Origin: a virus | Taxonomy: Duplodnaviria; Caudoviricetes | Virus record (IMG/VR): IMGVR_UViG_3300005365_000022 | Location: 1-64,000 of that record | Direction: 5' to 3' (one strand) | Length of the DNA: 64,000 nt | In this document: in pieces, positions 10,070 through 20,340 of the stretch | Layout: each line of letters begins with the position of its first letter | How positions within the stretch are numbered: the stretch's first letter is position 1 | Made by a program: the position numbers and the translations under genes | Notes under the pieces: generated by a model | What the model saw: only the letters and a program-made list of their open reading frames with translations | Told to the model about the DNA's origin: nothing | Database searches by the model: none

Positions 10070-11406
10070 GGAGCTCCAAGCGATGGGACGAAGATCAGCG
10101 AGCCTACCGGCGCCGAGCTCGAGGCCAGGCCGTTGAACTTGCGGATCTCATCCCACTCATCCGGCGTGCCGTACCACTGCGCTGAGATGTCGCGCAGATC
10201 CTCGTCGGCCCCCATCGTCACGATCGCCACGACGTCGCTCTCGATGCTGCGCAGCAGCCGGAAGCGCTCCCGCGCGGCCACGTGCTTCATCGCGCGCGCC
10301 GCGCGGGTCGCGGCGACCGCCTGGCATGCCGCGACGATGTGATCTCCCGGCGACATGGCCTCGAAGATCCGCAGCCCGCCCTGCCCGACCAACCCGGTGG
10401 CCGAGACACCGGCGCTCTGGATCGCGCTCGAGGTGGTCATCGCGCTGTACGTCGTGGCGTCGAGCGCGTCGAGCAGCTGCTGCGCCTGGTCGCGCGCTTG
10501 GCCGGCCAGCGAGATGCCGCGACGGATGGCGTCGAACGTCTGCGTCGCGCCCGACACGCGCGACTCCGCCGCGTCTCCGATCGACGCAATCGTCGCCTGC
10601 ATCCGTCCGACGAGCGCGTCAACGCCGTCGGCAAACGACGGCTCGAGGTTCGGCAGCGCGTCGAAGTTGGTGGCGTCGTGCAGGCTCGTGTAGCCGGTGC
10701 TGAGCGCCTGCGCGAGCCCGGTGATCGACGGGCGCACCGGGGACGGTAGACCGACGTCGTCGTCGATGCCCACCCACGAGAACTTCATCCGCCACTTCAC
10801 GTCGTGCGGGTTCTGCCAGTCCTGCTCGAACATCGCGAGACGCCCGAGTCGCTGCAGGTGCAGCCACGATACGCGGAGAAGGCGCCCGGCTCGACGGATG
10901 TCGTCGAACAGCACGCACAGGTCGCGCGCCGACCGGAGCTCCGTTCTCGTCAGGCCGATCGTCCCCTCCCCTGGATTGGCGCTCGGCGAGCGGAGCACTG
11001 CGCTTACCTCGTCGGGATCGAGCAGGTAGCGATCGTGCCACTCGCCATTCATTTCCTGGTCGCTCTCGATGGCTCCAAGCACGGTCTGGTTGACCTTCGG
11101 GTAGCCCGTGTACGGCGTGTTCTCGATGCGCATCTCGCCGGAGAACTTCATCGACCCCCGGAACGGCAACGCCCGCCCGGCGAGCGCTATTTGCCTTCTC
11201 TCCGATCCACCGACCTCATGAATCACCAGCACCGGGGCCGGCTCGCTCGGCCGCGCCACGAAGTCCTGAAACGACACCTGCTGATCGCGTACGTTCGGAT
11301 TGAGCAGCCGTGTCGCCGGCTCGACCGTCGCCTGCCCGAACGTCACGTTCGGCTTGCTGGCCGACTGGACAGTGGCGGGGCCGAACGTTGCCTTGGGGAT
11401 CGCCAT
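10066..11406 (-). CDS. tail tube initiator / LysM-like domain protein
   Basis: C-terminal DEDLRDISAQWYGTPDEWDEIRKFNGL...GSLIFVP is LysM/gpX-like; follows the tape measure. Confidence 0.65.
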   Translation of the reverse strand: MAIPKATFGPATVQSASKPNVTFGQATVEPATRLLNPNVRDQQVSFQDFVARPSEPAPVLVIHEVGGSERRQIALAGRALPFRGSMKFSGEMRIENTPYTGYPKVNQTVLGAIESDQEMNGEWHDRYLLDPDEVSAVLRSPSANPGEGTIGLTRTELRSARDLCVLFDDIRRAGRLLRVSWLHLQRLGRLAMFEQDWQNPHDVKWRMKFSWVGIDDDVGLPSPVRPSITGLAQALSTGYTSLHDATNFDALPNLEPSFADGVDALVGRMQATIASIGDAAESRVSGATQTFDAIRRGISLAGQARDQAQQLLDALDATTYSAMTTSSAIQSAGVSATGLVGQGGLRIFEAMSPGDHIVAACQAVAATRAARAMKHVAARERFRLLRSIESDVVAIVTMGADEDLRDISAQWYGTPDEWDEIRKFNGLASSSAPVGSLIFVPSLGAP

Positions 11407-11409
11407 GCG

Positions 11410-13131
11410 TCACCGATACGAGAACAGCGGGCGTAGTCCGCTATCTAGCCGCCGCTCGCCGAGCTTGGCGAGTTCGTCGCCGAACGCGACCGCGACGCGC
11501 CCCCCGTCGATTCCGGTGGGGAAGTTGTTGCTGATCTCGAACTTCGATCCGCGGAAGTCCTGATACGTGCCGGCGCCGGCTTTGTTCTCGGCCGACTTGC
11601 TCTCCGCTGCCTTCTGCGCGTCGGCCGCTGCGCCGATCATGTCGATGCTCACGCCTGGGATCTTGTTGAGCAGCCAGATGATGGCGTTCACGATCGCGAC
11701 CAGTCCGTCCATGATCCCCTTCAGGATGATCCCGACGAACTCGACGACTTTAGCCAGCCCGAGCAGGCCGATCAGCAGGGCTCCGGCCACGATCATCACG
11801 ATCGGCTTGATCGCCGCCCACAGCACGCCGAGCACCTGGACGATGGACGTGAGCGCTGAGCTGAAGGCACTCCACACCCCGCTGAGCACTTTCTTGAACG
11901 CGGACGCGATGCCCCACGTGTTGTTCTTGAGCATCTCGAACGCGACCACGCATACCGTGATGATCGCTCCGATGATCCCCAGCCTACCGGCCACAGTACC
12001 GATAATCCGAATCAGCGGCCCGCCGACACTCTCGAACATCCCGATCCCAGAGCCCGCCGCCCTCGCACCGCCGATTCCCACTCGCGAGAGCAGCCCACCA
12101 AGCCCACTGAACATGCTAGGCGCTGCCGCAGCTTCTCGCGCGGCGAAGTAGTCAATCGATCCCGCAGCCGCGGCACGCTTGCCGAGGAGGCCGAACGCAC
12201 CTGTTGCCAGTTGCTTGCCGCGTCCGAGCACGCCCATCTGGTTCTCTGCTCCGGAGAACAAATTGATCGCCTTGGCCGCGATTAGTAGTTCAAGGTACGT
12301 CTTGGTCAGTTTGACCACGAGGTCCATGTGCTTTGAGAGCACCTTTCCGATCTTGTCGGCGATCGGCATCACGTCGTCGAATCCCTTCTTGATGCCCTGC
12401 AGGATCGAGGTGACGGCCGGCAGAAGGTTCTTGTAGAACACGCCGACGAGATCCCCCCATGCATCCTTGAGCTCTCGCCTGGCCTGCAGCATCGTTCGGT
12501 AGCTCTGCAACGCTCGATCGTCGATCACGTCGGCGCCCTTGAGCGTCTCCGCCTGGATCCCCTTGAGGTGTTCCGGCCCGGCCTTGAGCATCGACATCAT
12601 CGCGCTGGCTTGCGAGCGCGGGATCATGAACGCCCGAATCAGCTCGTCGATGTTCAGCTTGCCGGCCTGGGCCGCCTTCGACATCGCGAACAACCGCTCC
12701 TCCGGTCCCGCCTTGATCGACACCCCAACCGATCGAATCAGTCCCTGGATCATCTGCGCCTGCGCGCCGACACCACCAAACCCATCCGACATCTTCTCCG
12801 CGGACCGCGTCATCGACGTCATGATCCGCTCGGCTGATTCCATCTCAACGCCACTGAGCTCGAACATGTCGAACATCGCGTGTGCGTGATCGGCCGCCAT
12901 TCCGGTCATGTTCACGACGCGGTTGACGGCAGCATACAGGTGATCGACGTCGCGAATCGCCTCGGCGACCTGCCAGATCCCGGCGATGCCGCCGAGAGCG
13001 CCGGCGGCATCACCCAGGCCGCTGAACGCACCGGCCACGCGCCCGGCGGCGACCGCCATCACGTTGAGCTTCGCGGTCGCCGCCTCGGCGCCATCGACGA
13101 CGATCTTCTCGCGTAGCGTTGTTTCCGCCAC
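11410..13131 (-). CDS. tape measure protein
   Basis: 573 aa Ala/Gly-rich helical ORF with hydrophobic amphipathic C-half, directly after the chaperone pair. Confidence 0.8.
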   Translation of the reverse strand: MAETTLREKIVVDGAEAATAKLNVMAVAAGRVAGAFSGLGDAAGALGGIAGIWQVAEAIRDVDHLYAAVNRVVNMTGMAADHAHAMFDMFELSGVEMESAERIMTSMTRSAEKMSDGFGGVGAQAQMIQGLIRSVGVSIKAGPEERLFAMSKAAQAGKLNIDELIRAFMIPRSQASAMMSMLKAGPEHLKGIQAETLKGADVIDDRALQSYRTMLQARRELKDAWGDLVGVFYKNLLPAVTSILQGIKKGFDDVMPIADKIGKVLSKHMDLVVKLTKTYLELLIAAKAINLFSGAENQMGVLGRGKQLATGAFGLLGKRAAAAGSIDYFAAREAAAAPSMFSGLGGLLSRVGIGGARAAGSGIGMFESVGGPLIRIIGTVAGRLGIIGAIITVCVVAFEMLKNNTWGIASAFKKVLSGVWSAFSSALTSIVQVLGVLWAAIKPIVMIVAGALLIGLLGLAKVVEFVGIILKGIMDGLVAIVNAIIWLLNKIPGVSIDMIGAAADAQKAAESKSAENKAGAGTYQDFRGSKFEISNNFPTGIDGGRVAVAFGDELAKLGERRLDSGLRPLFSYR

Positions 13132-13132
13132 G

Positions 13133-13365
13133 CTACCTCCGGTTCTCCATCTGCTCGCGCTCCTCTTCCATCAGCTGCTCGATCGCGTTCGCCCACTTCT
13201 TGAGCTTCAGCGTGGGCTGCTGCTCGAGGCGGGTCGCGTCTTGATGGGCGTACTTGGCGAGATACATGAGGAGTCGGTCGATGTGACGCTCGTAATCGTC
13301 CGGGTCTGGAAACTGCCGCGCGAACTCGTAGGCATAGAGCAGTCCGTACGGGACTGCCGGTCTGC
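13133..13365 (-). CDS. tail assembly chaperone, C-terminal (T-like) segment
   Basis: Open -1 frame continuing past the upstream TAG (...LLMYLAKYAHQD...WANAIEQLMEEE); start or shift point uncertain. Confidence 0.5.
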
Positions 13366-13830
13366 CTACCCCGCAATGATCCGACGGCTCGCCATAAAAG
13401 CCTCTTGGGTCCGCTCGTTCGGGACCGCGATCATGGCGTTGGCCTGCATGACGAGCGCGCGGATCCGCGGGTGCATCTGCGCCCAGCATGCCGCCGCCGA
13501 TCCGTCGGCCTCGTTCAGGTCGAACTGCTCAGAGGTTCCGCCCACGTCGGACTTGACGTAGGCGACCGCGCGCCGCGCGAGCTCGAACGCTAGCTGGAGC
13601 GGGTCGCCCTTCGAGGCCGCCGTCGCGTGCTTCTCGACCAGTGGCGAGAGCAGCCGCATCCCGACGGTCCGGATCGAGCCGAAGTCCTTCGTGGTCTCCC
13701 CCCACAGGTTGTCACCGCCCGGGCTGGTGTCGTTCGGGATGTCGAACTCGGTGATCACCGCGTGCCGCGGGGCGTTGTCGGTGAACGGCCCGCGGGCCTG
13801 GGGTGCCTGGTTTCGTGCGTTGCCTGCCAT
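13366..13830 (-). CDS. tail assembly chaperone (G-like)
   Basis: 154 aa ORF between tube and tape measure, the canonical position. Confidence 0.65.
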   Translation of the reverse strand: MAGNARNQAPQARGPFTDNAPRHAVITEFDIPNDTSPGGDNLWGETTKDFGSIRTVGMRLLSPLVEKHATAASKGDPLQLAFELARRAVAYVKSDVGGTSEQFDLNEADGSAAACWAQMHPRIRALVMQANAMIAVPNERTQEAFMASRRIIAG

Positions 13831-13878
13831 GCTGATCTCCTACCGGCGGTGTCAGCGCGGCCGGCGCGCGGCGGTACC

Positions 13879-14319
13879 TCAGCGCGAGACGATGCGGCCG
13901 GTCTCGGCCTCCCACGACAGCGTGAACTTCACGTAGTCGGTCCGGCTCGGTACGTTGATCGGGATGTCGCCGAAGAACATGTTGGGCACGTTGATGATCG
14001 CCCGCTCCCCGTTGGGGAACTGGATCGTCGACTGGCACTTGATCTTCGTCGAGATCGCGCGATTCTGCGCGCGCGCCTGGATCGCCTGGATCAAGGTGAG
14101 CGCCTGGCTCGTCTCGCCGTGGAACTCGATCTGCCCGGATAGCCCCTCGAAGAAGTCGTCTTTTCGTGGCGTGGTTTCCCCGACGTACTCCTCGTTCTTG
14201 GTCGTGAACTTCCACGTGATCGAGAACGACGCGATCGCCGTGATCTCGTCGAGCGTGGTCGAATCGATCGTGATGAACAGCGAGGTATCCTGACCTGTTG
14301 CGCGACCTGGACCCGGCAT
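13879..14319 (-). CDS. tail tube protein
   Basis: 146 aa, downstream of the sheath, beta-rich, preceded by GAGGT SD. Confidence 0.75.
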   Translation of the reverse strand: MPGPGRATGQDTSLFITIDSTTLDEITAIASFSITWKFTTKNEEYVGETTPRKDDFFEGLSGQIEFHGETSQALTLIQAIQARAQNRAISTKIKCQSTIQFPNGERAIINVPNMFFGDIPINVPSRTDYVKFTLSWEAETGRIVSR

Positions 14320-14731
14320 GTTGATGACCTCGTGAAACGACGAAGGGCGCGCACCTCCGGGACCATTCCCAGGATGCGCGCCCTATCCCTGCTGCATGAG
14401 CGGTGTAGCGCGTGGCGCCGGACGACCCGGCCCGCGCTCAGGCTATGACCCGACGGCGACCTGCCGCAAGCCCGCGATCACTTAGCGCTCTCGCGGGCGA
14501 TGAAACGCTGCCGCAGGCGGCGACTACGCACGCGGTTCATCGCGAAGAAATCCGGATCGGTTTGCCGACCGTCGTCATGCGTACGCGGGTTGGCCCGGCG
14601 CCACGACCGTCCGAGCCTTAGCTCAGCCTCCAGCAGCTGGTTCTCGCTGTACACCGTCCACCATGGCCGCTTGTCTGGGTGCCGTCGTTGGTCACTGCCT
14701 GGCAGTGCCATCTTTCGTGCTAGCCGGATCC

Positions 14732-15067
14732 TCATGTGCGGACGGTCGGGATCTCGCTGAGCACGCCGGTGACGTTCGTCGAGGCGTCGCGGATGATCGA
14801 TACCCGGCTCCGCACCGAGATCGTCGCCACATCGAATGTCCGGCCGTTGGCCAGGAAGTGGGACCCGACACCGGCAACGGCCGCCGCGGTGGGCGCGCCG
14901 GCCGGCGAGGTGACGCTGCCGCCGGTCGGCACGGTGACCGCGAACCACAGATCGGCGCCGCGCGCGGTCAGCCGGTACTGGCGGTTCGGGACCATGTCCA
15001 GCGGGATCTCGGCCGCCGCCGCCGTGGAGGTCGTGATGTTGCCACTATCGCCTGCTGATACGTACAC
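14732..15067 (-). CDS. hypothetical protein
   Basis: 111 aa ORF with GGAG SD directly after the sheath. Confidence 0.5.
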   Translation of the reverse strand: MYVSAGDSGNITTSTAAAAEIPLDMVPNRQYRLTARGADLWFAVTVPTGGSVTSPAGAPTAAAVAGVGSHFLANGRTFDVATISVRSRVSIIRDASTNVTGVLSEIPTVRT

Positions 15068-15080
15068 GTGTGCTCCTCGG

Positions 15081-17096
15081 TCAGAAGGACTGGATCGTCA
15101 GGGTGCCGCTGCCGACGCTCACCCGCTGCTGGATGACCCCGAGGCCGATCGACGCGTCCTGCACGAGCGTCTTGGCGATCGGGACCATCTCGATCTTGTA
15201 CTGGATCACGAAGATCCCGGCGTTGTCGAGCTGCTGGGTGTTCCCCGACCGCGCGTCCACCGAGTAGGCCAGGATCCGCTTGGCGTCCAGCAGCCCGCCG
15301 AAGCGGTCGTGGAGGCGGTTGACGGCCAGGTCCTTGAGCGCCTCTGACATCGGCTCTTTTGAGAAGGGCGAGAGATCCTCGGTCACCCCGTCCTCGATCA
15401 CGAACGAGAATCGCCGCCGGTTGATGTCCTTCTCTCCGGACAGCAGCGATGTCGTCACGCCGCTCTGAAAGACCATGCCGAGCGTGCGGTCCTTCCGGGG
15501 GGCCATGACGCCGACCGCTCGGAGTCGCGAGTACTGCGGCAAGCCGAGCTTCGGGGCGGCGCGCTGGATTCCGATCACCGGTTGCATGATCGTCTTCACC
15601 GGGTCGCTCGACTGCCCGGGATCGCGCTCCGGGTCGAGCTGGCTCAGGATGGCGGCGTCCCAACTCGTCGAGGGGACGTCGATCACGCCGGTCTTGTAGA
15701 GCAGTCCGTCGGCTCCCTTGACGTTGGTGCCGACCGCCGCCGGGATGAACACCTGCAGCCCTGGCCAGTTGTAGATCCCTTCCTCAGCGCGCGACGCGCC
15801 GACCCCAGGAGCCGAGTCGCCGATCACCGTCGCAAACGTCGTGGTGTCGAGCGGCGGCGCCGCCAGCGCCATGCGCCCGATGCCGGTCTGCTTTTGCACG
15901 AGCACGTGGTTGATCAGCTTGGCGCGCAGGAGGCCCGCGGCGTCCATGCGGGCGCACCACACGATGTTGACCTCGCGCTCGGGAAGGTCGTCGGGCAGCA
16001 GCGCGTCGATACACGTCGAGTACAGCGCGACGAGCTCTGCGGTCGTCGCGCTGTTTGGCGCCTGCACGTTGGCAGTGAACGCCAGCCCGATCGTCGGATC
16101 GGTGCGCATCACCAGGCCCGAGAGCGGGTCTCCGAAGGTTGCCGTGAGCGCCGGAGGCACCACCGTGGGCGAGAGCGTGATCGACGCTGCGATCGTCGCG
16201 TCGAGCGGACGCGCCGGGATCGTGTAGCCGGCCTGTGCCGTGAACGCGTTGGCGCCGCCGGTGTCGGCGGTCTCCGCGGTGTGGATACGCCACGGGAGCG
16301 CTGATGCCGTGGTCCAGTTGAAGCTCGCGCCGCTCAGCTTCTCGACGGAGAGATGCGTGTCGTCGGTCACCGAGACGATCCGGTAGGTGGCCGCGTTGGC
16401 CCCGAGCCCAGCCGCACCGCCGATCACGCCGAGCACCAAGATGTCTCCGGTCTGCACCCCTACAATCCCATCCGGCCGCAGCACCGTCGTGAACCCGCCA
16501 CCGGCAGAGAGGAACGCTTGCGTCGCCGCCGAGCTCGCCGCGGTCACCGAGCCGTCGGTTCCGAACTTGTACTCGGGCAACCCGCCGAACTGCACGCGCT
16601 TGGCGGTGCGCACGCGGTTCGCCCCCGACTTGAACTCGCGCCCAGCCGGCACCGACGCCGCCGTGGTGGGAACCACCGAGGTTGGGTCCGTCGCGCTGGT
16701 GCACGTCGGCAGCTGTCGCCACAGCCGGACACCCTGCGCCGACGCCAGGTTGATCGGAACGACCACGAGCCGCGAGAACGCCTTGCTCTGGAGCTCGACG
16801 TAGCCGTTGCCGTGGTCGCCGCCGAACTCACCGATGGTCTCGTCCCACCCGCCGAGGTTGTCGAGCTGGTCCTGCGACCCGAACAGCTCGGTCGGGGTTG
16901 GGTTCGTGGTCACGGCGCCGGTGGCGCTGATGCTGACCCCGAGCGAGACGTCGGCGAACTCGCCGATCAGGCACACCACGCCGGATGACTGCCCGGCGAC
17001 CTGCCCGGCCGGCGTGTTGTCGATTGTGACCGTGCCCTCGATCTCACCGAGGACGTCCACCGATGGCATGCTGGAAAAGCGGCGGTTGAAACCCAT
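15081..17096 (-). CDS. contractile tail sheath protein
   Basis: 671 aa; C-terminal GVTTS...DINRRRFSFVIEDG...IQYKIEMVP pattern of sheath C-domains; N-terminal GTVTID..P. Confidence 0.85.
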   Translation of the reverse strand: MGFNRRFSSMPSVDVLGEIEGTVTIDNTPAGQVAGQSSGVVCLIGEFADVSLGVSISATGAVTTNPTPTELFGSQDQLDNLGGWDETIGEFGGDHGNGYVELQSKAFSRLVVVPINLASAQGVRLWRQLPTCTSATDPTSVVPTTAASVPAGREFKSGANRVRTAKRVQFGGLPEYKFGTDGSVTAASSAATQAFLSAGGGFTTVLRPDGIVGVQTGDILVLGVIGGAAGLGANAATYRIVSVTDDTHLSVEKLSGASFNWTTASALPWRIHTAETADTGGANAFTAQAGYTIPARPLDATIAASITLSPTVVPPALTATFGDPLSGLVMRTDPTIGLAFTANVQAPNSATTAELVALYSTCIDALLPDDLPEREVNIVWCARMDAAGLLRAKLINHVLVQKQTGIGRMALAAPPLDTTTFATVIGDSAPGVGASRAEEGIYNWPGLQVFIPAAVGTNVKGADGLLYKTGVIDVPSTSWDAAILSQLDPERDPGQSSDPVKTIMQPVIGIQRAAPKLGLPQYSRLRAVGVMAPRKDRTLGMVFQSGVTTSLLSGEKDINRRRFSFVIEDGVTEDLSPFSKEPMSEALKDLAVNRLHDRFGGLLDAKRILAYSVDARSGNTQQLDNAGIFVIQYKIEMVPIAKTLVQDASIGLGVIQQRVSVGSGTLTIQSF

Positions 17097-17108
17097 GGCG
17101 GCGTGCTC

Positions 17109-17822
17109 CTATCGCCGGCCGATCGTGCCTTTCGCGACCATGCGGGCCAAGGGCAGCACTCGCACCTGGTACACGCAGCACGTCGCCGTGAGGCGCATGA
17201 CCAGCGGCCACACCGACGCCTGCGCGGTCTCGGTGCCGTCCGGTTGCTGGGCGTCGACTAGCAGGTACTCGCCGACCGCGTTGTGGTACCGCGGCAGGCG
17301 AAGCCGGAACCCGGCCATCCAATCGACCGGAGACAGCCCGTCCTCGAGCATGCGGCGCACCCCGGCGCGCTGCACCTTGTCCTCGCAGAACACCTGGATC
17401 GTGAGCTCCTCGAGCTCGTAGAACGCCGAGCTGGTCAGCGTGATCACGCGCCCGGTGCCGTCGCCGGCGACCGTTTCAGGCTTGGCCATGCCGAGCGCGA
17501 GCTCGCTGTACTTTCCGTACTCGACGGATCCGACCATCGCCGTGGGCGCCGGCACCGGTCCATCGTCGTGCTCCGCCCAATCCCCGACGACGCGAGAGAG
17601 CGCGATCCGGCGCCCATCGATCGAAGTGGACAGGGTCATCACGTACGCGGCCAGTCCCTGCGCCAGGGCGTCGTGCACGCTGAGCTCGTGCCGCGCGGTG
17701 AGCGGCGGGTCGTCGCCCGGAGCCGTGACCAGGAACGCCGCGTCGGGATCTGGCGTAGCCGGCGCCGCTCCATCGATCGTCGGGAGCTCGCGCTCGACGC
17801 GATCGTCATCGCAGTCGGTCAC
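17109..17822 (-). CDS. tail completion / sheath terminator-like protein
   Basis: Synteny between neck and sheath genes; no diagnostic motif. Confidence 0.5.
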   Translation of the reverse strand: MTDCDDDRVERELPTIDGAAPATPDPDAAFLVTAPGDDPPLTARHELSVHDALAQGLAAYVMTLSTSIDGRRIALSRVVGDWAEHDDGPVPAPTAMVGSVEYGKYSELALGMAKPETVAGDGTGRVITLTSSAFYELEELTIQVFCEDKVQRAGVRRMLEDGLSPVDWMAGFRLRLPRYHNAVGEYLLVDAQQPDGTETAQASVWPLVMRLTATCCVYQVRVLPLARMVAKGTIGRR

Positions 17823-18286
17823 GGGTCACCTCGCCCGGCATCGAGCAGGATATCCATCGGGATCGTGTCGAGCCGCAGGAATGGCTTGTCCAGCATCACC
17901 GGATGCCGGTCAGCGGCGTCGGTGAACAGCGCTGTCTGGAACTGGAAATCGAACCGACGCGCATAGCCGAGACCGGCGCCGCCGCGCCATCGACGAGTCA
18001 GCCGCCGCGACTGCTTTAGTTCCTCGCGATGTCGCGCAAGTTTTCCCGGTGACCACTCAATGCCGCTGTTATCGAAGGCATCGCCCCACATCGCCTCGCA
18101 GTCCGCCCGGTCGAGCAGAAGGCGCAGATCGATGTCGCCGGGCCGGAGCGAAGTCAGTGCGGATCCTACCAAGTAGAGCGGTCCGCCGTACGCGATCGCG
18201 AGGTGGTTCGCGTTGCCGCGGAATCGCACCGCAAACATCTCGGCCTGATCGCGCGGGGTCTGAAGCGTGGCAACAGGATCGGTCAT
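17819..18286 (-). CDS. putative Pol-beta-superfamily nucleotidyltransferase
   Basis: LYLVGSAL....GDIDLRLL (hG[S]x~9DxD signature). Confidence 0.55.
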   Translation of the reverse strand: MTDPVATLQTPRDQAEMFAVRFRGNANHLAIAYGGPLYLVGSALTSLRPGDIDLRLLLDRADCEAMWGDAFDNSGIEWSPGKLARHREELKQSRRLTRRWRGGAGLGYARRFDFQFQTALFTDAADRHPVMLDKPFLRLDTIPMDILLDAGRGDP

Positions 18287-18993
18287 CGCTTGGCCAGCTC
18301 CTTGTCCAACTCGCGCCTCACGTCGGCGCGAACGTAGTCGAGGATCGCGCGCTTGGCCTCGGGGTCGTGCAGGATCCTCCGCCCGAGTAGACCGCGGCGC
18401 GCGATCGCCCTGGCGATCGGGAAGTACAGCCGCGCGGCCAGCTGGTCGGCGCTCGGTCCGGCGCGCCGCTTGCCGCCCCCACCTGCGCCGGCAGTCGGCT
18501 TCCGATCCTTCGGTGGCTCGTGGTCACGCAGGAAGGCGCCGATCCTTTTGTCCCGGGATTTCTGCGCGGCGTCGCGCTCCCTGTCTGCGTTCGTGCGCGG
18601 GGCGGCGCGGCGGCGCTTCTGCGGCGGGCGCGCGAGCAGCCGGCGCTTGATCCAGGCGATCAGCGCGTCCTTGGGCGGGAACTTCGATCCAGGCCGGCGT
18701 CCGTACTGCGCATCCGAGTCTACGATTCCGGCGTAGGGCGAATCGTTCACCAGCTCGGCGCCGTCGGGCAGACGAACAGCCTTCCACCGGCGGATGAAGC
18801 CGCCCGTGTTGACCGCTCCGCCGCTGCCCACGCCGCCCGGGTTCGCCGGCGGCGCCGCGCGCGTGCGCTGCACCAGGAAGCCCACCGCCCGCGCCGCGCC
18901 GCTGTGCACGCCCCGGATAATCGTCGGGCGCAGCTGGGCGGCGAGCCGCGCGTGGTAGGCGGCGAACTCCTTGCTGCTCAGGACCAGGGCCAC
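18283..18993 (-). CDS. neck protein (HK97 gp10-like)
   Basis: AVNTGGFIRRW...ELVNDSPYAGIV...GRRPG...IARAIARRG pattern. Confidence 0.65.
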   Translation of the reverse strand: MALVLSSKEFAAYHARLAAQLRPTIIRGVHSGAARAVGFLVQRTRAAPPANPGGVGSGGAVNTGGFIRRWKAVRLPDGAELVNDSPYAGIVDSDAQYGRRPGSKFPPKDALIAWIKRRLLARPPQKRRRAAPRTNADRERDAAQKSRDKRIGAFLRDHEPPKDRKPTAGAGGGGKRRAGPSADQLAARLYFPIARAIARRGLLGRRILHDPEAKRAILDYVRADVRRELDKELAKR

Positions 18994-19343
18994 GTCGCCA
19001 TGGTACGCGCCGGTCTCTTGCTGCCGCGAGCCGTCGCCATCCGCGTCCGCGTTGCTAGCTGGACCGGAGACCTGCTGGTCCCTGGCGAGCAGGTGCGCGA
19101 TAGCGCGGGTCGCATCATCGGATGCCGCAGCCTCGTGCGATACGCGCCGTAACTCTCACGCCCGAGGGCCAGCTACCAGCGTCATTGGAGCGCACGTGCA
19201 TCCCACGACGCGGTAAGGCGGCTCGGCCTCCTCGTGACCGCGGCATCCCTCCTGGTGGATCTCGATGACCTCGCCGGCCGGCGCGCCGCGCAGGGCCTCT
19301 GCGATGGCCTCGTCGCGCGTCGCGAAGGTGAGCGTCTCGCGGC

Positions 19344-19919
19344 TCACCGCGGCGTCCCATCGGCCGCATCGCGGTCCCACGGCGCACGCACCAGGTTGAT
19401 GACCCACTCGGCGGTCTCCGCGCGCGCATACGGCGCCGACCCGGCCAGGAATCGGCGGCGCACGGTGACCCGACCTGCCCCGTCGAGGTGAGCGATCTCG
19501 TAGTACACCGTCTCGCCGCGCGCGATCGGCTCGCCTGCCTCCCCGCGGCCAAGCAGCACCATCTCGCTGTAGGAAAGCGAGATCTCCGACAGCACGATCG
19601 ACCCGACCTCGCGCAGCTGGTCAGGCGCCACGATCTCGGTCAGCGCGGTCAGGTCGCTGACCTTGGGGACCGGCAGGATGCACCACTCCCCGACGATCTC
19701 GGTCGGGCCGCCGCCGCGCTGCCGCATGCCGGCCGAGCGCGCGCGGACGATCGTCACGCTGTAGGGCCGCAGCCCGGCGCGAACCTTGAGGTCGCGCGCG
19801 CGGTCCCACAGTCGCGACAGCCGGGCCCCGGCCGCCCCGGCGCGCTCCGGCGAGGTGAACAGGTGGCAGTCGCACGCGCACCCGGAGCCGCACCTCTGCG
19901 CGCAGCCACCGCACGCCAC
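19344..19919 (-). CDS. head-tail stopper-like protein
   Basis: Synteny downstream of the adaptor; beta-rich. Confidence 0.45.
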   Translation of the reverse strand: MACGGCAQRCGSGCACDCHLFTSPERAGAAGARLSRLWDRARDLKVRAGLRPYSVTIVRARSAGMRQRGGGPTEIVGEWCILPVPKVSDLTALTEIVAPDQLREVGSIVLSEISLSYSEMVLLGRGEAGEPIARGETVYYEIAHLDGAGRVTVRRRFLAGSAPYARAETAEWVINLVRAPWDRDAADGTPR

Positions 19920-19925
19920 GGCGCG

Positions 19926-20336
19926 CTACCTCCGCACCGAGACGTTGCCGGCCCGGCCGCCGAGCTCCGAGAGCGACCGGAACCGCTGCGAGAACGGGTA
20001 CGGCATCACCCCGAGCATCTGCGCGAGCTGGCAGGCCCAGCGCACAAGCTCGCGCTCGACGTCGTCCGGCTGCGACAGGTTCGGCTCGAGGTCGCTGGCG
20101 CGCTTCGCGAACAGTTCCTCGCTCGAGCGGAACAGCCGGCATTCGATCTCGTCGAGCTTGTCCAGGATCGCGATCACCCGGAACTCGGCCTCGGGACGCA
20201 CGCGCGTGATCGCCGACTCGAACATGAACTGCGGCTCGGTCGCCTGGGGGATACCGAACGCGAACGAGCTCGCCACCACCACCTCCATGTAACCGAGGTG
20301 GTAGCGGGCGCGCTCCTTGTCCGCTTCGGTGAGCAC
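19926..20336 (-). CDS. head-tail adaptor/connector
   Basis: MLTEADKERARYHLGY helical N-terminus; 136 aa downstream of the capsid. Confidence 0.55.
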   Translation of the reverse strand: MLTEADKERARYHLGYMEVVVASSFAFGIPQATEPQFMFESAITRVRPEAEFRVIAILDKLDEIECRLFRSSEELFAKRASDLEPNLSQPDDVERELVRWACQLAQMLGVMPYPFSQRFRSLSELGGRAGNVSVRR

Positions 20337-20340
20337 GAGC

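Noticed and set aside
8888-10342. Long + strand ORFs opposite structural genes (also 21338-22717, 39248-40360, 58909-60186)
   Set aside because: Antisense shadows of high-GC3 genes; Arg/Gly/His-rich with no motifs.
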